NCBI GenBank assembly: GCA_014802425.1
Contig: JAAVCH010000003.1
Span: forward strand, 22,372 to 86,371
From: Bacteroides sp.
GTDB lineage: Bacteria > Bacteroidota > Bacteroidia > Bacteroidales > Muribaculaceae
Length of the DNA stretch: 64,000 nt
Direction: 5' to 3'
Below are positions 10,709 through 23,143 of the stretch, one piece after another. The translations under genes were made by a program, and so were the position numbers. Numbering within the stretch: the stretch's first letter is position 1; each line of letters starts with the position of its first letter. Below the pieces are notes generated by a model, which was given only the letters and a program-made list of their open reading frames with translations, did not search any database and was not told the DNA's origin.

Positions 10709-12479
10709 ATTTAAGATGGAACGATATCTTTCCCGACGTCAATGACAATGGGAAAGATATTTTTTTATACCCCTCGGGATTCCGTTTGCTGCACATCCCT
10801 GTTTCGCGCAGTATACAGTGACGTGTGGTCATCACGAGTCTACCTTCAGGGGCTATGGAATTGTCCTGTGTTGTGTTTCCTTTGGTTGTGACCTCGATTG
10901 CCCGCTCGATTTCAGTGACTCCGTGTCTACGGTAAAACTCTTCCGCAAGCCGGTTGGCGACATTGTCGCGGTAATCAAGCTTATCAGTGGGGTACAGCAC
11001 GTCTTTTAGTTCCTCATTCCGGTAATCGTAAGGATATCTGGCAAGCCATGCCTTATCCAGAGCTTCGATGAGGCGCCGGCGTGCGTCCGTAAGGACGGAT
11101 GCCGGGTAAAACATCCGGTCGCATCCTGTGGCCGAGAAGTTCCTGAGATAATATCGGGAGTTGCCGAGTTTACCAAGAGTCTTCACGTAATCCTGCGGAG
11201 TCTTGGCTGGTTCGGCGGTATGCCCTATAGGAATACATGCCTTGACTCCGCGTTCATCTTCAGCGAGGAGTGCCTCCGGAGTAATCGAGATGTCGACCCA
11301 CATTTTACGCGTCGCTGTGGGACGTGAGAGTGTCTTCTGCCATTTATTATCCAGCGTACGGTGAATTTCAGAGCCTTTGGAGATGACGAACGGGCGGTTG
11401 CCGATGATCTTTCCATCCTTGATGCCGTTTACCATCACACCTTCATATTCCCCGTTCTTATTGAAGAAGCTTATACCGTCGCCATTGTTGAGTGAGCGGA
11501 TATCGGTTATTGCCTCTCCCATCGATTTCGGGGTCAGTGGCGATGATATTTTCTGCGGTTGCCGTGAATCGAGGAAATAGGTTGTAAAGCCACGGTTGAA
11601 GCTTTTATCAAGCTGAGGATTGAATGTTATTTCTGAATATCCAAAGGACGCTCTCTCGTACTTGTCCGGATGGCGTGATATGATGGCGTCGAGTCGCTGC
11701 CGATAAGCCGCGACCACGTTCTTTACATAAGTGGCATCCTTTAATCTACCCTCAATCTTAAGGGATGAGGCGCCAGCCTTAAGCAGTGACTCAAGACTGG
11801 ATGAAGTGTTGAAGTCTTTAAGAGAGAGTAGATGCTTGCCTTCTGCATAGGTTTTTCCGGAAGAATCCTTTAAATCGAAAGGAAGACGGCATATCTGAGC
11901 GCATTCTCCACGGTTGGCACTGCGGCCAAGCACTGCCTGGCTCGCATGACAACGCCCTGAATATGAAACGCACAGGGCGCCATGGATGAAACATTCTATG
12001 GGCACGCTGACTTTATCGTAGATTCCATGGATTTCAGAGAGCGTGAGTTCCCGGGCGAGTACGATCTGAGAGAATCCCACATCCTGCAGGAAGCGTGCCT
12101 TTTCCGGCGTGCGGGTATCGCATTGAGTGGATGCATGCAGGGCTATAGGGGGAAGCTCAAGTGAAAGCATGGCCATATCCTGGACTATGAGGGCGTCTAC
12201 GCCGGTCCTGTACAGCTCCCATGTCAGCTTCTCGACCTTTTTCAACTCATTGTCGAAGATAATGGTGTTTACTGTCACATAGACCCGCGCTCCGAAGGGA
12301 TGTGCGAAATCCACAACTCGTTTAATGTCTTCAATCGAATTGGCTGCGTTCTTTCGTGCGCCATGGGATGTCGCGCCGATATACACCGCATCGGCGCCAT
12401 GCAGGATGGCCTCCATGGCGATCTCGGCATTGGCGGCGGGAGCAAGCAGTTCAATCTTTCTTGGCAAAGGCAATGACAT
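10662..12479 (-). CDS. U32 family protein with C-terminal extension (RlhA-like RNA hydroxylation factor)
   Basis: ELLAPA, GADAVYIG, HASTQ, HGALCVSYSGRC, SANRGECAQICR, KIEGR; start at MSLPLP (12479). Confidence 0.88.
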   Translation of the reverse strand: MSLPLPRKIELLAPAANAEIAMEAILHGADAVYIGATSHGARKNAANSIEDIKRVVDFAHPFGARVYVTVNTIIFDNELKKVEKLTWELYRTGVDALIVQDMAMLSLELPPIALHASTQCDTRTPEKARFLQDVGFSQIVLARELTLSEIHGIYDKVSVPIECFIHGALCVSYSGRCHASQAVLGRSANRGECAQICRLPFDLKDSSGKTYAEGKHLLSLKDFNTSSSLESLLKAGASSLKIEGRLKDATYVKNVVAAYRQRLDAIISRHPDKYERASFGYSEITFNPQLDKSFNRGFTTYFLDSRQPQKISSPLTPKSMGEAITDIRSLNNGDGISFFNKNGEYEGVMVNGIKDGKIIGNRPFVISKGSEIHRTLDNKWQKTLSRPTATRKMWVDISITPEALLAEDERGVKACIPIGHTAEPAKTPQDYVKTLGKLGNSRYYLRNFSATGCDRMFYPASVLTDARRRLIEALDKAWLARYPYDYRNEELKDVLYPTDKLDYRDNVANRLAEEFYRRHGVTEIERAIEVTTKGNTTQDNSIAPEGRLVMTTRHCILRETGMCSKRNPEGYKKISFPLSLTSGKISFHLKFNCRRCEMEVWNPRK

Positions 12480-12555
12480 ATATGTACTCTTAAAAACTAA
12501 ATGATGCCTGAGGCATTTTAATTTCTGAACTAAAACGCCACTTCCTCTTGGTCTT

Positions 12556-13008
12556 TCATTTCTTAAACATGCGGTCAAGCATTCTCTTATCGTCGCGTTC
12601 CTTGATTGACTGGCGTTTATCATACTGTTTCTTACCGCGGCCGATACCGATCACCATTTTAGCGAGTCCTCTATCGGATATGAACACTCTGATTGGCACA
12701 ATCGTGAAACCGGGATCATCCACAGCCTTCTTGATCTTAGCAATTTCCTTTTTACTGAGCAAAAGTTTTCGGTCACGTCGCGTGGAGTGATTGTTGTATG
12801 AACCGAAGAAATACTCTGCGATATGCATACCCTTCACCCAGACTTCACCGTTCTCGACAAGACAGTATGAATCCGCAAGGGATGCCTTGCTTTCACGAAT
12901 GGATTTAATCTCCGTACCGGTCAGGACTATTCCCGCCGTATAGGTGTCCCCTATCTCATAATCGAATCTTGCGCGTTTGTTCTTTATGTTTACTTGAGTC
13001 TGCTTCAT
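12556..13008 (-). CDS. smpB: SsrA-binding protein
   Basis: [35 protein letters not shown]. Confidence 0.97.
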   Translation of the reverse strand: MKQTQVNIKNKRARFDYEIGDTYTAGIVLTGTEIKSIRESKASLADSYCLVENGEVWVKGMHIAEYFFGSYNNHSTRRDRKLLLSKKEIAKIKKAVDDPGFTIVPIRVFISDRGLAKMVIGIGRGKKQYDKRQSIKERDDKRMLDRMFKK

Positions 13009-13138
13009 ATCTCTCGTTGATGAATTATCATTCGGTAATCGATGAATATATCGGGTTTCATGTAGGATGAGCCGTAAGCTCTATCGTCGTCTTTGTTTCC
13101 CGGACCGCGGCCCTTATATCGAAATGGTCCTTGATCTT

Positions 13139-13831
13139 TCAGACTCCTACTCCTTCCAGAAGAAAATCGAGTCCGAGATAGCAAAGCGAGGGGACTCCGA
13201 GAATGAGGACACAGACAAGTGTCTTGGTCATATTGGCCTTTTCCGGAGGGAGGTTGAAGAATCTCATTCCCCTTGCAGTGAGGTAGATGGTCCATAAAGG
13301 CAGGAACAGCAGTACCGGCGTCAGCATCGGTAATGTTGAGTATAGTATTGAAAACAATGCCAATGTGGATAAGTTGGCCATGACGAAGATTTTTCCGAAC
13401 GCGGAGTCCATGGAAATACGCGTCTCAGAGGGGAGGACCCAGTTGCCGAATATGATTATCAGGAAGTTGCTGAAGAAAAATGCTACAAAGAATTTCAGGG
13501 CCTCCATCATCGCATCGCTAAGCGTGATTGCGGCTTCATAGATGCACGTCATAAGGCAAGAGGCCGACGCCAGGGCGATTAAAGGATAGAAACAGTCGCG
13601 GGCAAATTCTTCAGGAGTGTAATTGGCCCTTCGGAGGCGCTTCCATCCGTCGATGGGATTAAGCAGCACTTCCAGCAGAAGCTTCATTGCAAGCAGGCAG
13701 CCCTTTGTCTTTTTAGGACTCTCTTCGGTCTCTTCAGGCTGTTTCGCGCCATTGGTTTCGGTGACGCCATCGGATTCCGGTTCATCATCTTCTATTACGT
13801 AATTATCCTGAAGGTTATTGTCCTGATTCAT
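13139..13831 (-). CDS. Hypothetical multi-pass membrane protein (Yip1-like)
   Basis: Acidic N-terminus followed by about 5 hydrophobic segments. Confidence 0.6.
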   Translation of the reverse strand: MNQDNNLQDNYVIEDDEPESDGVTETNGAKQPEETEESPKKTKGCLLAMKLLLEVLLNPIDGWKRLRRANYTPEEFARDCFYPLIALASASCLMTCIYEAAITLSDAMMEALKFFVAFFFSNFLIIIFGNWVLPSETRISMDSAFGKIFVMANLSTLALFSILYSTLPMLTPVLLFLPLWTIYLTARGMRFFNLPPEKANMTKTLVCVLILGVPSLCYLGLDFLLEGVGV

Positions 13832-13899
13832 AGTTCACTTCTTGAATTGATGGTTTCAATCGGCATCGTACTTGCCGCAAAGAGGTATCTTTGACGCTG

Positions 13900-13938
13900 A
13901 GGGGGCATCTCCGGTTATTGTTACCGGAGATGCCCCTT
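13900..13938. terminator. Hairpin downstream of the mutase operon
   Basis: GGGGCATCTCCGGT / ACCGGAGATGCCCC 14-bp stem. Confidence 0.65.
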
Positions 13939-14017
13939 TGGTGGTATGGCGTCTTATAGCTTGTGCCCCTTTAGAGCGCAGGCTATGTCATGGATACGTC
14001 GTCTGGGACGTGGCGTA

Positions 14018-16162
<2,145 letters not shown>

Positions 16163-16192
16163 GATTGTAGAGTCAAAATAACGTGGAGTTAT

Positions 16193-18046
16193 TTATTTAA
16201 GAAGTCTCGCATTGAAGCCTACCAGAGTGTCGAGCACATTGACACGTACATGGATGAAGTCTTCGATGCCCTGAGCCTTAAGCTCGTCCATGCAGGCGGG
16301 AGCGCCGGCCACTACGAACAGTGCGCGGCCGTCGAGCTCCTTGTAAGCCTCGGGAGCGTAAGTGGCGTATTCGTCATCGCTTGAACAGAGCACCACTACA
16401 TCGGCACCCTTTTCCATAGCTGCGTCGATACCTTCCTTGACAGTGTCGAAACCGATGTTGTCGATGATTTCGTAGCCGGCACATCCGAAGAAGTTGGAGG
16501 CAAACTGCGCGCGTGCAAGACGCATGGCAAGATTGCCGATGGTGAGCATGAACACTTTCGGACGCTTACCAGAACGTTCTGTGTCGAGACGCAGTGTCTC
16601 GAACTGACTTGCGGCACGGTCGAAGTTGAGGAATTCCACAGCACCGTCAGCCGGAGCGGCGCATCCGCATCCACATGTTGCCTCGTCCTTCTGAATCTTG
16701 TCGAGGGCGAATTCATTGAAGTTGGGATACTGGTTGGTGCCGAGAAGGATTTCCTTGCGACGGGCCACGTCGAGATGACGCTTCACGCCGGACTCGTTGA
16801 CCTTGGCCTGAACCTCACCTTGCTTAAGTTCGGCGAGGAAACCGCCCTTGTCTTCAACCTCGTTGAAGAGCTTCCATGCTTCGCGTGCGATGGAAGTGGT
16901 GAGCACTTCGATATAGTAGCTGCCGCCGGCGGGGTCTACGACCTTGTTGAGGTGAGACTCGTCGCGGAGGAGAATCTGCTGGTTACGTGCGATACGCTCA
17001 GAGAATTCATCAGGATTCTTGAATGTAAGGTCGAAGGGAAGTGTCTCGATGGAGTTTACGCCTGCGAGAGCGGCGCTCATGGTCTCTGTCATTGATCTGA
17101 GCAGATTTACGTGAGCGTCGTAAATGGTCATGTTGAATCTCGAAGTCACTGCGTGAACCCACATCTTGCAGCAGTCGTCCTCTGCTCCAAATGCCTTCAC
17201 GATCTCTGCCCAAAGCATGCGTGCGGCACGGAATTTTGCGAGCTCCATGAAATAGTTGGAGCTGATACCCATATTGAATTTTATGCGGCTTGCCACCTCA
17301 CAGGGAGTAAGGCCTGCTTCAGTCATCATTGTCATCCATTCTGCTCCCCATGCGAGGGCATAGCCGAGTTCCTGAGTGATGAACGCACCGGCATTGTTGA
17401 GCATATAGGAGTCAACGGCAAAGCAACGGAGGTTCTTGACGTCCTTTACCACATTATAAAGGGCGAGGGATGTTTCCTTGATGTCTTTCGGGAATTCCAT
17501 ACCTCTCTTAAGCAGACGCTTGAAAGGATTGAAATCGATCGATCCCTTGAATTCAGCTGCTGCTTCCTGCTCGATGATGGCGCCCACCATGAGTTCGGCT
17601 ACTTCCACGGCCTTGCCGGGACAGCATGCCACGTTTACTTCGATTTTCTTAAGGTCAAGACCCTTGAGGATTTCAGGAAGCTGGTCGGGAGTGAGGTCAC
17701 CGCAAAGGCAGATTCCTACCGACTCTACCCCACGGTCAATGGCATGGCGGGCATTGGCTACGACTTCTTCAGCCGTGGCTCCCTGGATGTGCTGACGGAT
17801 AAGCCAGTCATTATTGTCGCGTGTGCCGCGCACGTAAGGGAACTCGCCGGGAAGAGTTCCGAGAGTCGGAAGCCCTTCAAGATCTTCTTTACGATAGAAG
17901 GGCATAACGTTGAACCCTTCGTTTGTGCGCCATACTAATTTCTTGTTGAAATCGGCGCCCTTCAGGTCTGTAGTGATTTTCGCCATCCACTCGTCGGTGG
18001 AAATCGGCGGAAACATGTCAAACAGATTCTCTTTGGTGTTTGCCAT
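16193..18046 (-). CDS. mutA: Methylmalonyl-CoA mutase, small subunit
   Basis: Mutase paralog without DxHxxG; RIARNQQ, DPAGGSYYIE, LCSSDDEY. Confidence 0.92.
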   Translation of the reverse strand: MANTKENLFDMFPPISTDEWMAKITTDLKGADFNKKLVWRTNEGFNVMPFYRKEDLEGLPTLGTLPGEFPYVRGTRDNNDWLIRQHIQGATAEEVVANARHAIDRGVESVGICLCGDLTPDQLPEILKGLDLKKIEVNVACCPGKAVEVAELMVGAIIEQEAAAEFKGSIDFNPFKRLLKRGMEFPKDIKETSLALYNVVKDVKNLRCFAVDSYMLNNAGAFITQELGYALAWGAEWMTMMTEAGLTPCEVASRIKFNMGISSNYFMELAKFRAARMLWAEIVKAFGAEDDCCKMWVHAVTSRFNMTIYDAHVNLLRSMTETMSAALAGVNSIETLPFDLTFKNPDEFSERIARNQQILLRDESHLNKVVDPAGGSYYIEVLTTSIAREAWKLFNEVEDKGGFLAELKQGEVQAKVNESGVKRHLDVARRKEILLGTNQYPNFNEFALDKIQKDEATCGCGCAAPADGAVEFLNFDRAASQFETLRLDTERSGKRPKVFMLTIGNLAMRLARAQFASNFFGCAGYEIIDNIGFDTVKEGIDAAMEKGADVVVLCSSDDEYATYAPEAYKELDGRALFVVAGAPACMDELKAQGIEDFIHVRVNVLDTLVGFNARLLK

Positions 18047-18321
18047 AATTATATAGCTGATATAGAATGATGTTGGATAGTATTAGATTTACTTTCTCCG
18101 GGTTGACAGAGAGCATCCGGACCATGATTTCGGAGAAGGAGTGACAATTTTCCGTTTGACCGATTCATCGCAGGTACTCCCCTGTCATAATTGCTTACAA
18201 AGATATACTATTTAAGTTTAAGAGCAAAAAAATAGGGTGTGAAAATTCACTATTTATGCTTATAAACATATGATTCTCTACAGCGTATTCCCGTAGAGGC
18301 GTCGGTATGGACGCCCATGGG

Positions 18322-19068
18322 TCATTCCAGTCTTTTGTCGACACATCTTACGACACGTGCCGGAAACTCGTCGACAAGCTGCATATTGTGGGTGGCCATG
18401 ACGACAGCGTGTCCTGTTTCGGTGAGCTTGTGAAGGAGACGTACGATCTGGGTCCCGGTCTCCGGGTCGAGGTTTCCGGTGGGTTCGTCGGCAAGTATGA
18501 GGGCCGGACGATTCAGGAGAGCACGTGCTATGACTATGCGCTGCTGCTCGCCTCCGCTCAATTCGTGGGGCATTTTATAGCTTTTATTGCTCATCCCCAC
18601 TTCTTTAAGGACTTCTTCGATTCTCTCCTCTATTTCCTGCTTCTTTTTCCATCCTGTGGCTTCGAGCACAAATCTGAGGTTGGCCGCCACGGAACGGTCC
18701 TGCAGCAGCTGGAAGTCCTGAAAGACTATTCCGATTTTACGGCGCAGCATCGGGATCCCTTTCTTTTTAAGCTTGAGCAAGTCCACTCCAAGCACGGTAG
18801 CTTCGGTGGCGTCGGGAATCGCCACATCGGCATACATTGTCTTCATGAGCGATGACTTACCGCTGCCCACTTTGCCGACAAGATAACAGAATTCTCCTTC
18901 GGTCAGGGAAAAGTCGATATCTTTCAGCACCTGACGCTCGGCCCGCTCTACGTTGACTTTTTTATAGCGTATGATGGTCTTGCGGTCCGATGCCGGAGTC
19001 TTGCCGGCTATGCGGAGCGTCTTCGGTTCTTCTTTTTCGAGGTCGTAGTCTGAATGTTCGTGAGTCAT
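18322..19068 (-). CDS. ABC ATP-binding protein, FtsE-like
   Basis: [35 protein letters not shown]. Confidence 0.85.
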   Translation of the reverse strand: MTHEHSDYDLEKEEPKTLRIAGKTPASDRKTIIRYKKVNVERAERQVLKDIDFSLTEGEFCYLVGKVGSGKSSLMKTMYADVAIPDATEATVLGVDLLKLKKKGIPMLRRKIGIVFQDFQLLQDRSVAANLRFVLEATGWKKKQEIEERIEEVLKEVGMSNKSYKMPHELSGGEQQRIVIARALLNRPALILADEPTGNLDPETGTQIVRLLHKLTETGHAVVMATHNMQLVDEFPARVVRCVDKRLE

Positions 19069-19139
19069 TGTATTCGGTTTATCCGGATATCGGAGTCTTT
19101 AATCTCGCCTTTTCCGGTGTGTAGGCGCAAATATAACAA

Positions 19140-19172
19140 ATCCCGCAGACTCTTGCAAAAAGTCCGCGGGAT
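19140..19172 (-). terminator. Intrinsic terminator after the EF-G2 gene
   Basis: 12-bp stem, G-U pair on minus strand, followed by T-rich tract. Confidence 0.7.
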
Positions 19173-19198
19173 GTATATGGAAAAGTCAATGGTTGAAA

Positions 19199-21355
19199 TT
19201 AATCTTCAGTCTGAGTGGCGGCATACTCTTTGAGGAGTTTTTCCTGCACGTCCGAGGGTACGAGTTCGTAGCTTGCGAAATCCATCGTGAAGCCGGAGCG
19301 TCCGCCTGTGATGGAACTGAGCGATGTGCTGTAGGAACTCATTTCCTTCAATGGCACCTTGGCATTGAGTTTCTCGATGCCGTTCTCGGAACTCATGCCC
19401 ATGATGATGGCGCGGCGTCCCTGGAGGTCGCTCATCACATCGCCCATGGTGTCGGCCGGAGTGAGTACTTCCACGTCATATACGGGTTCGAGAATCTTCG
19501 GGTTGGCGTTACGGAATGCCTGGGAGAAGGCATTGCGTCCGGCCAGACGGAACGAGATTTCATTGGAGTCTACGGGGTGCATCTTTCCGTCGTAGATCAT
19601 GACTCTCACGTCACGGGCATAGGATCCTGTGAGCGGACCTTGTTCCATACGGTCCATAAGGCCCTTTACGATAGCAGGTATGAAGCGTGCGTCGATGGCT
19701 CCGCCCACGATGCAGTTGTAGACCACGAGCTTGCCGCCCCACTCAAGAGGAATTTCCTGCTTGTCGCGGACATTGAGCTTGAACTCCTGATTGCCGAATT
19801 TATAGGTGTCAGGCTCAGGCATTCCCTCGGTATAGGGTTCCACGATAAGGTGTACCTCGCCGAACTGTCCGGATCCGCCGCTTTGCTTCTTATGGCGATA
19901 GTCGGCTCGGGCGGCTTTCGTTATTGTCTCGCGGTAGGGAATCTTGCACTCGATGAATTCAATGGGGAGTTTCTCATTGTTCTCAATACGCCATTTAAGC
20001 GTACGGAGGTGGAATTCTCCCTGACCCTTGACGATCATCTGCTTGAGTTCCTTGCTCTGTTCCACAATCCATGTGGGATCCTCTTCACGCATTCTGTTGA
20101 GGATTCCGGCGAGCTTTTCGGCATCGGCTTCGTTCTTGGGCTTTATGGCGCGCTGATATTTCGGACGCGGATATTTGATGAAGTCAAAGCGGTACTCGCA
20201 TCCCTTTCCATCAAGGGTATTGCCCGTGCGCACATCCTTAAGCTTTACGGCTGCGCCTATGTCGCCGGCCTTCAGTTCCTCTACGGGATTACGGAGCTGT
20301 CCGCAGACAGTATATATCTGAGCCAGTCTTTCCTTACCTCCGCGAGAGATGTTCTCAAGGTCCGCACCGGCCTTGAGGGTGCCGCTCATCACCTTGAAAT
20401 AGGACACCTCGCCGATGTGAGGCTCTACGCTTGTCTTGAAGAAGAACACGCTGAGGGGGCCGTCGGCATCGGGCTTGACTTCAATTCCGTCCACAGTTTG
20501 CGGAGCGGGCATCTCGTCGACGAAGGGACATACATTGCCGAGGAATTCCATCAGGCGCCGCACCCCCATATCCTTGGCTGCGCTGAGCACGACCACCGGA
20601 TAGATGCTGCGGTCCACAAGACCCTTGCGGATGCCTTCGCGCATCTCGTCTTCCGTGAGGATACCCTGGTCGAAGAATTTCTCCATGAGGGTCTCATCGT
20701 TCTCGGCGGCTGCCTCAATGAGGTTCTTGTTCATTTCCTGGGCACGCTCCATCTGGTCGGCAGGTATTTCGGAAATGGTGGGAGCTCCACCCTCGGGCTT
20801 CCACTCGAGCTTTTTCATGATCAGCACGTCGATGATGCTGCGGAAGCCGGGACCTGATTCAAGAGGATACTGAATTGGAATCACCTTGTTGCCGAAGTGC
20901 TCGTGGAGCTGTTCGATAAGATTGTCGTAGTCTGCCTTCTCGCCGTCCATCTGATTGAGGGCGAACACTACGGGCTTTTTGAGTTTTGCGGTTGTGCGGA
21001 AGATGTTTTCGGTGCCTACTTCCACACCATATTCGGAATCTATGAGGATCAATCCGAGGTCTGTCACACCGAGGGCGGTGTAGGCGTTGCCTACGAAGTC
21101 GTCTGCTCCCGGACAATCGATGATGTTGAGCTTCTTGTTGTTGAACTCAGCGTTGAAAACGGTCGAAAACACGGAATAGCCATATTCTTTCTCTACCGGG
21201 AAATAGTCGGACACCGTATTACCGGCATCGACTGAGCCGCGGCGTTTTATTACCCCACACTCGTAGATCATGGCCTCTGCGAGTGTGGTTTTTCCAGAGC
21301 CCTTGGATCCGAGCAACGCGATGTTCTTGATCTCGTTAGAATTATAAATCCTCAT
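19199..21355 (-). CDS. fusA2: Elongation factor G paralog (EF-G2)
   Basis: EF-G domain layout with divergent GTPase motifs (GSKGSGKT, DCPGADDF, NQMD) and a domain IV insertion. Confidence 0.88.
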   Translation of the reverse strand: MRIYNSNEIKNIALLGSKGSGKTTLAEAMIYECGVIKRRGSVDAGNTVSDYFPVEKEYGYSVFSTVFNAEFNNKKLNIIDCPGADDFVGNAYTALGVTDLGLILIDSEYGVEVGTENIFRTTAKLKKPVVFALNQMDGEKADYDNLIEQLHEHFGNKVIPIQYPLESGPGFRSIIDVLIMKKLEWKPEGGAPTISEIPADQMERAQEMNKNLIEAAAENDETLMEKFFDQGILTEDEMREGIRKGLVDRSIYPVVVLSAAKDMGVRRLMEFLGNVCPFVDEMPAPQTVDGIEVKPDADGPLSVFFFKTSVEPHIGEVSYFKVMSGTLKAGADLENISRGGKERLAQIYTVCGQLRNPVEELKAGDIGAAVKLKDVRTGNTLDGKGCEYRFDFIKYPRPKYQRAIKPKNEADAEKLAGILNRMREEDPTWIVEQSKELKQMIVKGQGEFHLRTLKWRIENNEKLPIEFIECKIPYRETITKAARADYRHKKQSGGSGQFGEVHLIVEPYTEGMPEPDTYKFGNQEFKLNVRDKQEIPLEWGGKLVVYNCIVGGAIDARFIPAIVKGLMDRMEQGPLTGSYARDVRVMIYDGKMHPVDSNEISFRLAGRNAFSQAFRNANPKILEPVYDVEVLTPADTMGDVMSDLQGRRAIIMGMSSENGIEKLNAKVPLKEMSSYSTSLSSITGGRSGFTMDFASYELVPSDVQEKLLKEYAATQTED

Positions 21356-21470
21356 AGTCGGTATAGATTAAAAGTTGTCTGTAGAAGAGAGTCGAGCGGA
21401 GTCTTAACCGGTCATCTCTCATTTGCGGTTGCAATTTAAGCATTATGTTTGATATATAAGAAAAAATATA

Positions 21471-21486
21471 CATGTTGTGCAACATA
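21471..21486. promoter_or_regulatory. Palindrome resembling the Bacteroides CRP-like Cur (BT4338) site, upstream of EF-G2
   Basis: CATGTTGTGCAACATA (ATGTTG-TG-CAACAT). Confidence 0.55.
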
Positions 21487-21599
21487 TCTATCGGTTTTTC
21501 TCTATCGGTCGCATCTCTGTTCAAGAAACTTTTTTGATTGGGAATAGGTTATAAATGATAAGATGATCTCCATTGCAAAACACTATATACTATAATTCT

Positions 21600-23060
21600 A
21601 TGACCTATATTGCCGGTAAGCCGAGGGAACGGAGAGGCCTTCGTATCTCTGCATTACATTTGCTTTTTATGGCATGCACCACTATGTACGCCGCCTCTCC
21701 GGAAGTGGCCGTCGGGCAGCTAAGCGCTGATTCCCTTCCTGATTCCTATTGTCTCAGGAAGCTCCCTCCCGCTACTGAACAACCTATCCATTTTGATGAG
21801 ACGTCAAGGATATGGTGGCATCACTTCGAAGATTCGACGCTTGTGGCGTTGGTCCACTCGGCTGTGGAGAACAACTATAATGTGCAGGCGGCAATACGGC
21901 GGATCGATGCTTCAAAGGCTTCGCTGGCAGGTACCAGGGCATCCTATTATCCGTCAATCAGCCTCAATGCTGGCTATGATTACAACCGTGACTCCGGGAG
22001 GATAGTACAGCCGTATGCCGATGCCGATACAAAGGCGTCGTGGACTTTGGGAGCGTCCTTGAGTTGGGAAATAGATATCTTCGGCCGCATACATGAGAAA
22101 CTTAAGGGAAGCAGGGCTCAGCTGAGAGCGTCGCGCCTGGAATATGAGGGTGTGATGCTCTCACTTGCTGCGGAAGTGGCAAATGACTATTCACGCTATC
22201 GGATGTATCAGAATCAGCTGCGTGTGGCACGCAATCACCTGAACTCTCAGGCGAGGATGCTTGATCTGGTGGAGACCAGGTTCAAGGAAGGACTCGTATC
22301 GAAGCTGGATGTCGCTCAGGCGAGAAACACGCTGAATCTTACCAAAGCTCTCATACCGGATCTTGAGGCAAATATCTCTACGACGTTCAATGCCCTCGTC
22401 ACCCTGTGCAATATGCCTGTCGATGAAATCACCGAGCTTTTGGCCAGTGAGACTTTCCCGCTGTTGACGGTGCCGATGGATCTCGGTTCGCCGGCTGAAT
22501 TGTTGAGCAGGCGCCCTGATATAGCCGGGGAAGCGCAGCAGATTCAGATTCTTGCCTCGAAGCTTGGAATCGCCAAGAAGGATTATCTGCCGACCCTGAG
22601 CATTTCGGCACTTGTGCAGACGATGTCACATAATCTTCAGGAAGTCTTTGGCGCGCACTCCCTTCATTGGTCAGTGGTGCCAACCCTTTCCTGGACACTG
22701 TTCGACGGGTTCAGCCGCTCGGCCAATGTCGCTGAGGCAAAAGCCGAGATGGAAGCGGAGATAGACAACTATAATATGACAGTCACCACTGCCGTGCAGG
22801 AAGTCAATAACTCCATCGTAGATTACAATGCAGCGATGAGGCGGATGAAGCTCTATGAGACGGTGGTCACCGACAGTGAGGAGGTGCTGCATCTGGCAAC
22901 CGAGCGCTATAAGCTCGGACTGACGGATTTTTCGGAAGTTGCCACGGCTCAGATTTCACTTCTGAATTCAGAGACTAATTATGAAAGTACTCTTTCGGCT
23001 TGTTTCCAGTCTATCGTCACCATATATAAGGCGATTGGGGGCGGCTGGATAAAGCAGTGA
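21600..23060 (+). CDS. TolC/OprM family outer-membrane efflux protein
   Basis: SWEIDIFG, LLSRRPDI, IYKAIGGGW; start uncertain. Confidence 0.9.
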   Translation: MTYIAGKPRERRGLRISALHLLFMACTTMYAASPEVAVGQLSADSLPDSYCLRKLPPATEQPIHFDETSRIWWHHFEDSTLVALVHSAVENNYNVQAAIRRIDASKASLAGTRASYYPSISLNAGYDYNRDSGRIVQPYADADTKASWTLGASLSWEIDIFGRIHEKLKGSRAQLRASRLEYEGVMLSLAAEVANDYSRYRMYQNQLRVARNHLNSQARMLDLVETRFKEGLVSKLDVAQARNTLNLTKALIPDLEANISTTFNALVTLCNMPVDEITELLASETFPLLTVPMDLGSPAELLSRRPDIAGEAQQIQILASKLGIAKKDYLPTLSISALVQTMSHNLQEVFGAHSLHWSVVPTLSWTLFDGFSRSANVAEAKAEMEAEIDNYNMTVTTAVQEVNNSIVDYNAAMRRMKLYETVVTDSEEVLHLATERYKLGLTDFSEVATAQISLLNSETNYESTLSACFQSIVTIYKAIGGGWIKQ

Positions 23061-23143
23061 CGTATGACTGAATTCACTCGCCTCTCCAACGGATTTTTAT
23101 TGCAACGTATATTACCAAGATAATCAAGATAATATTGAGAAAG

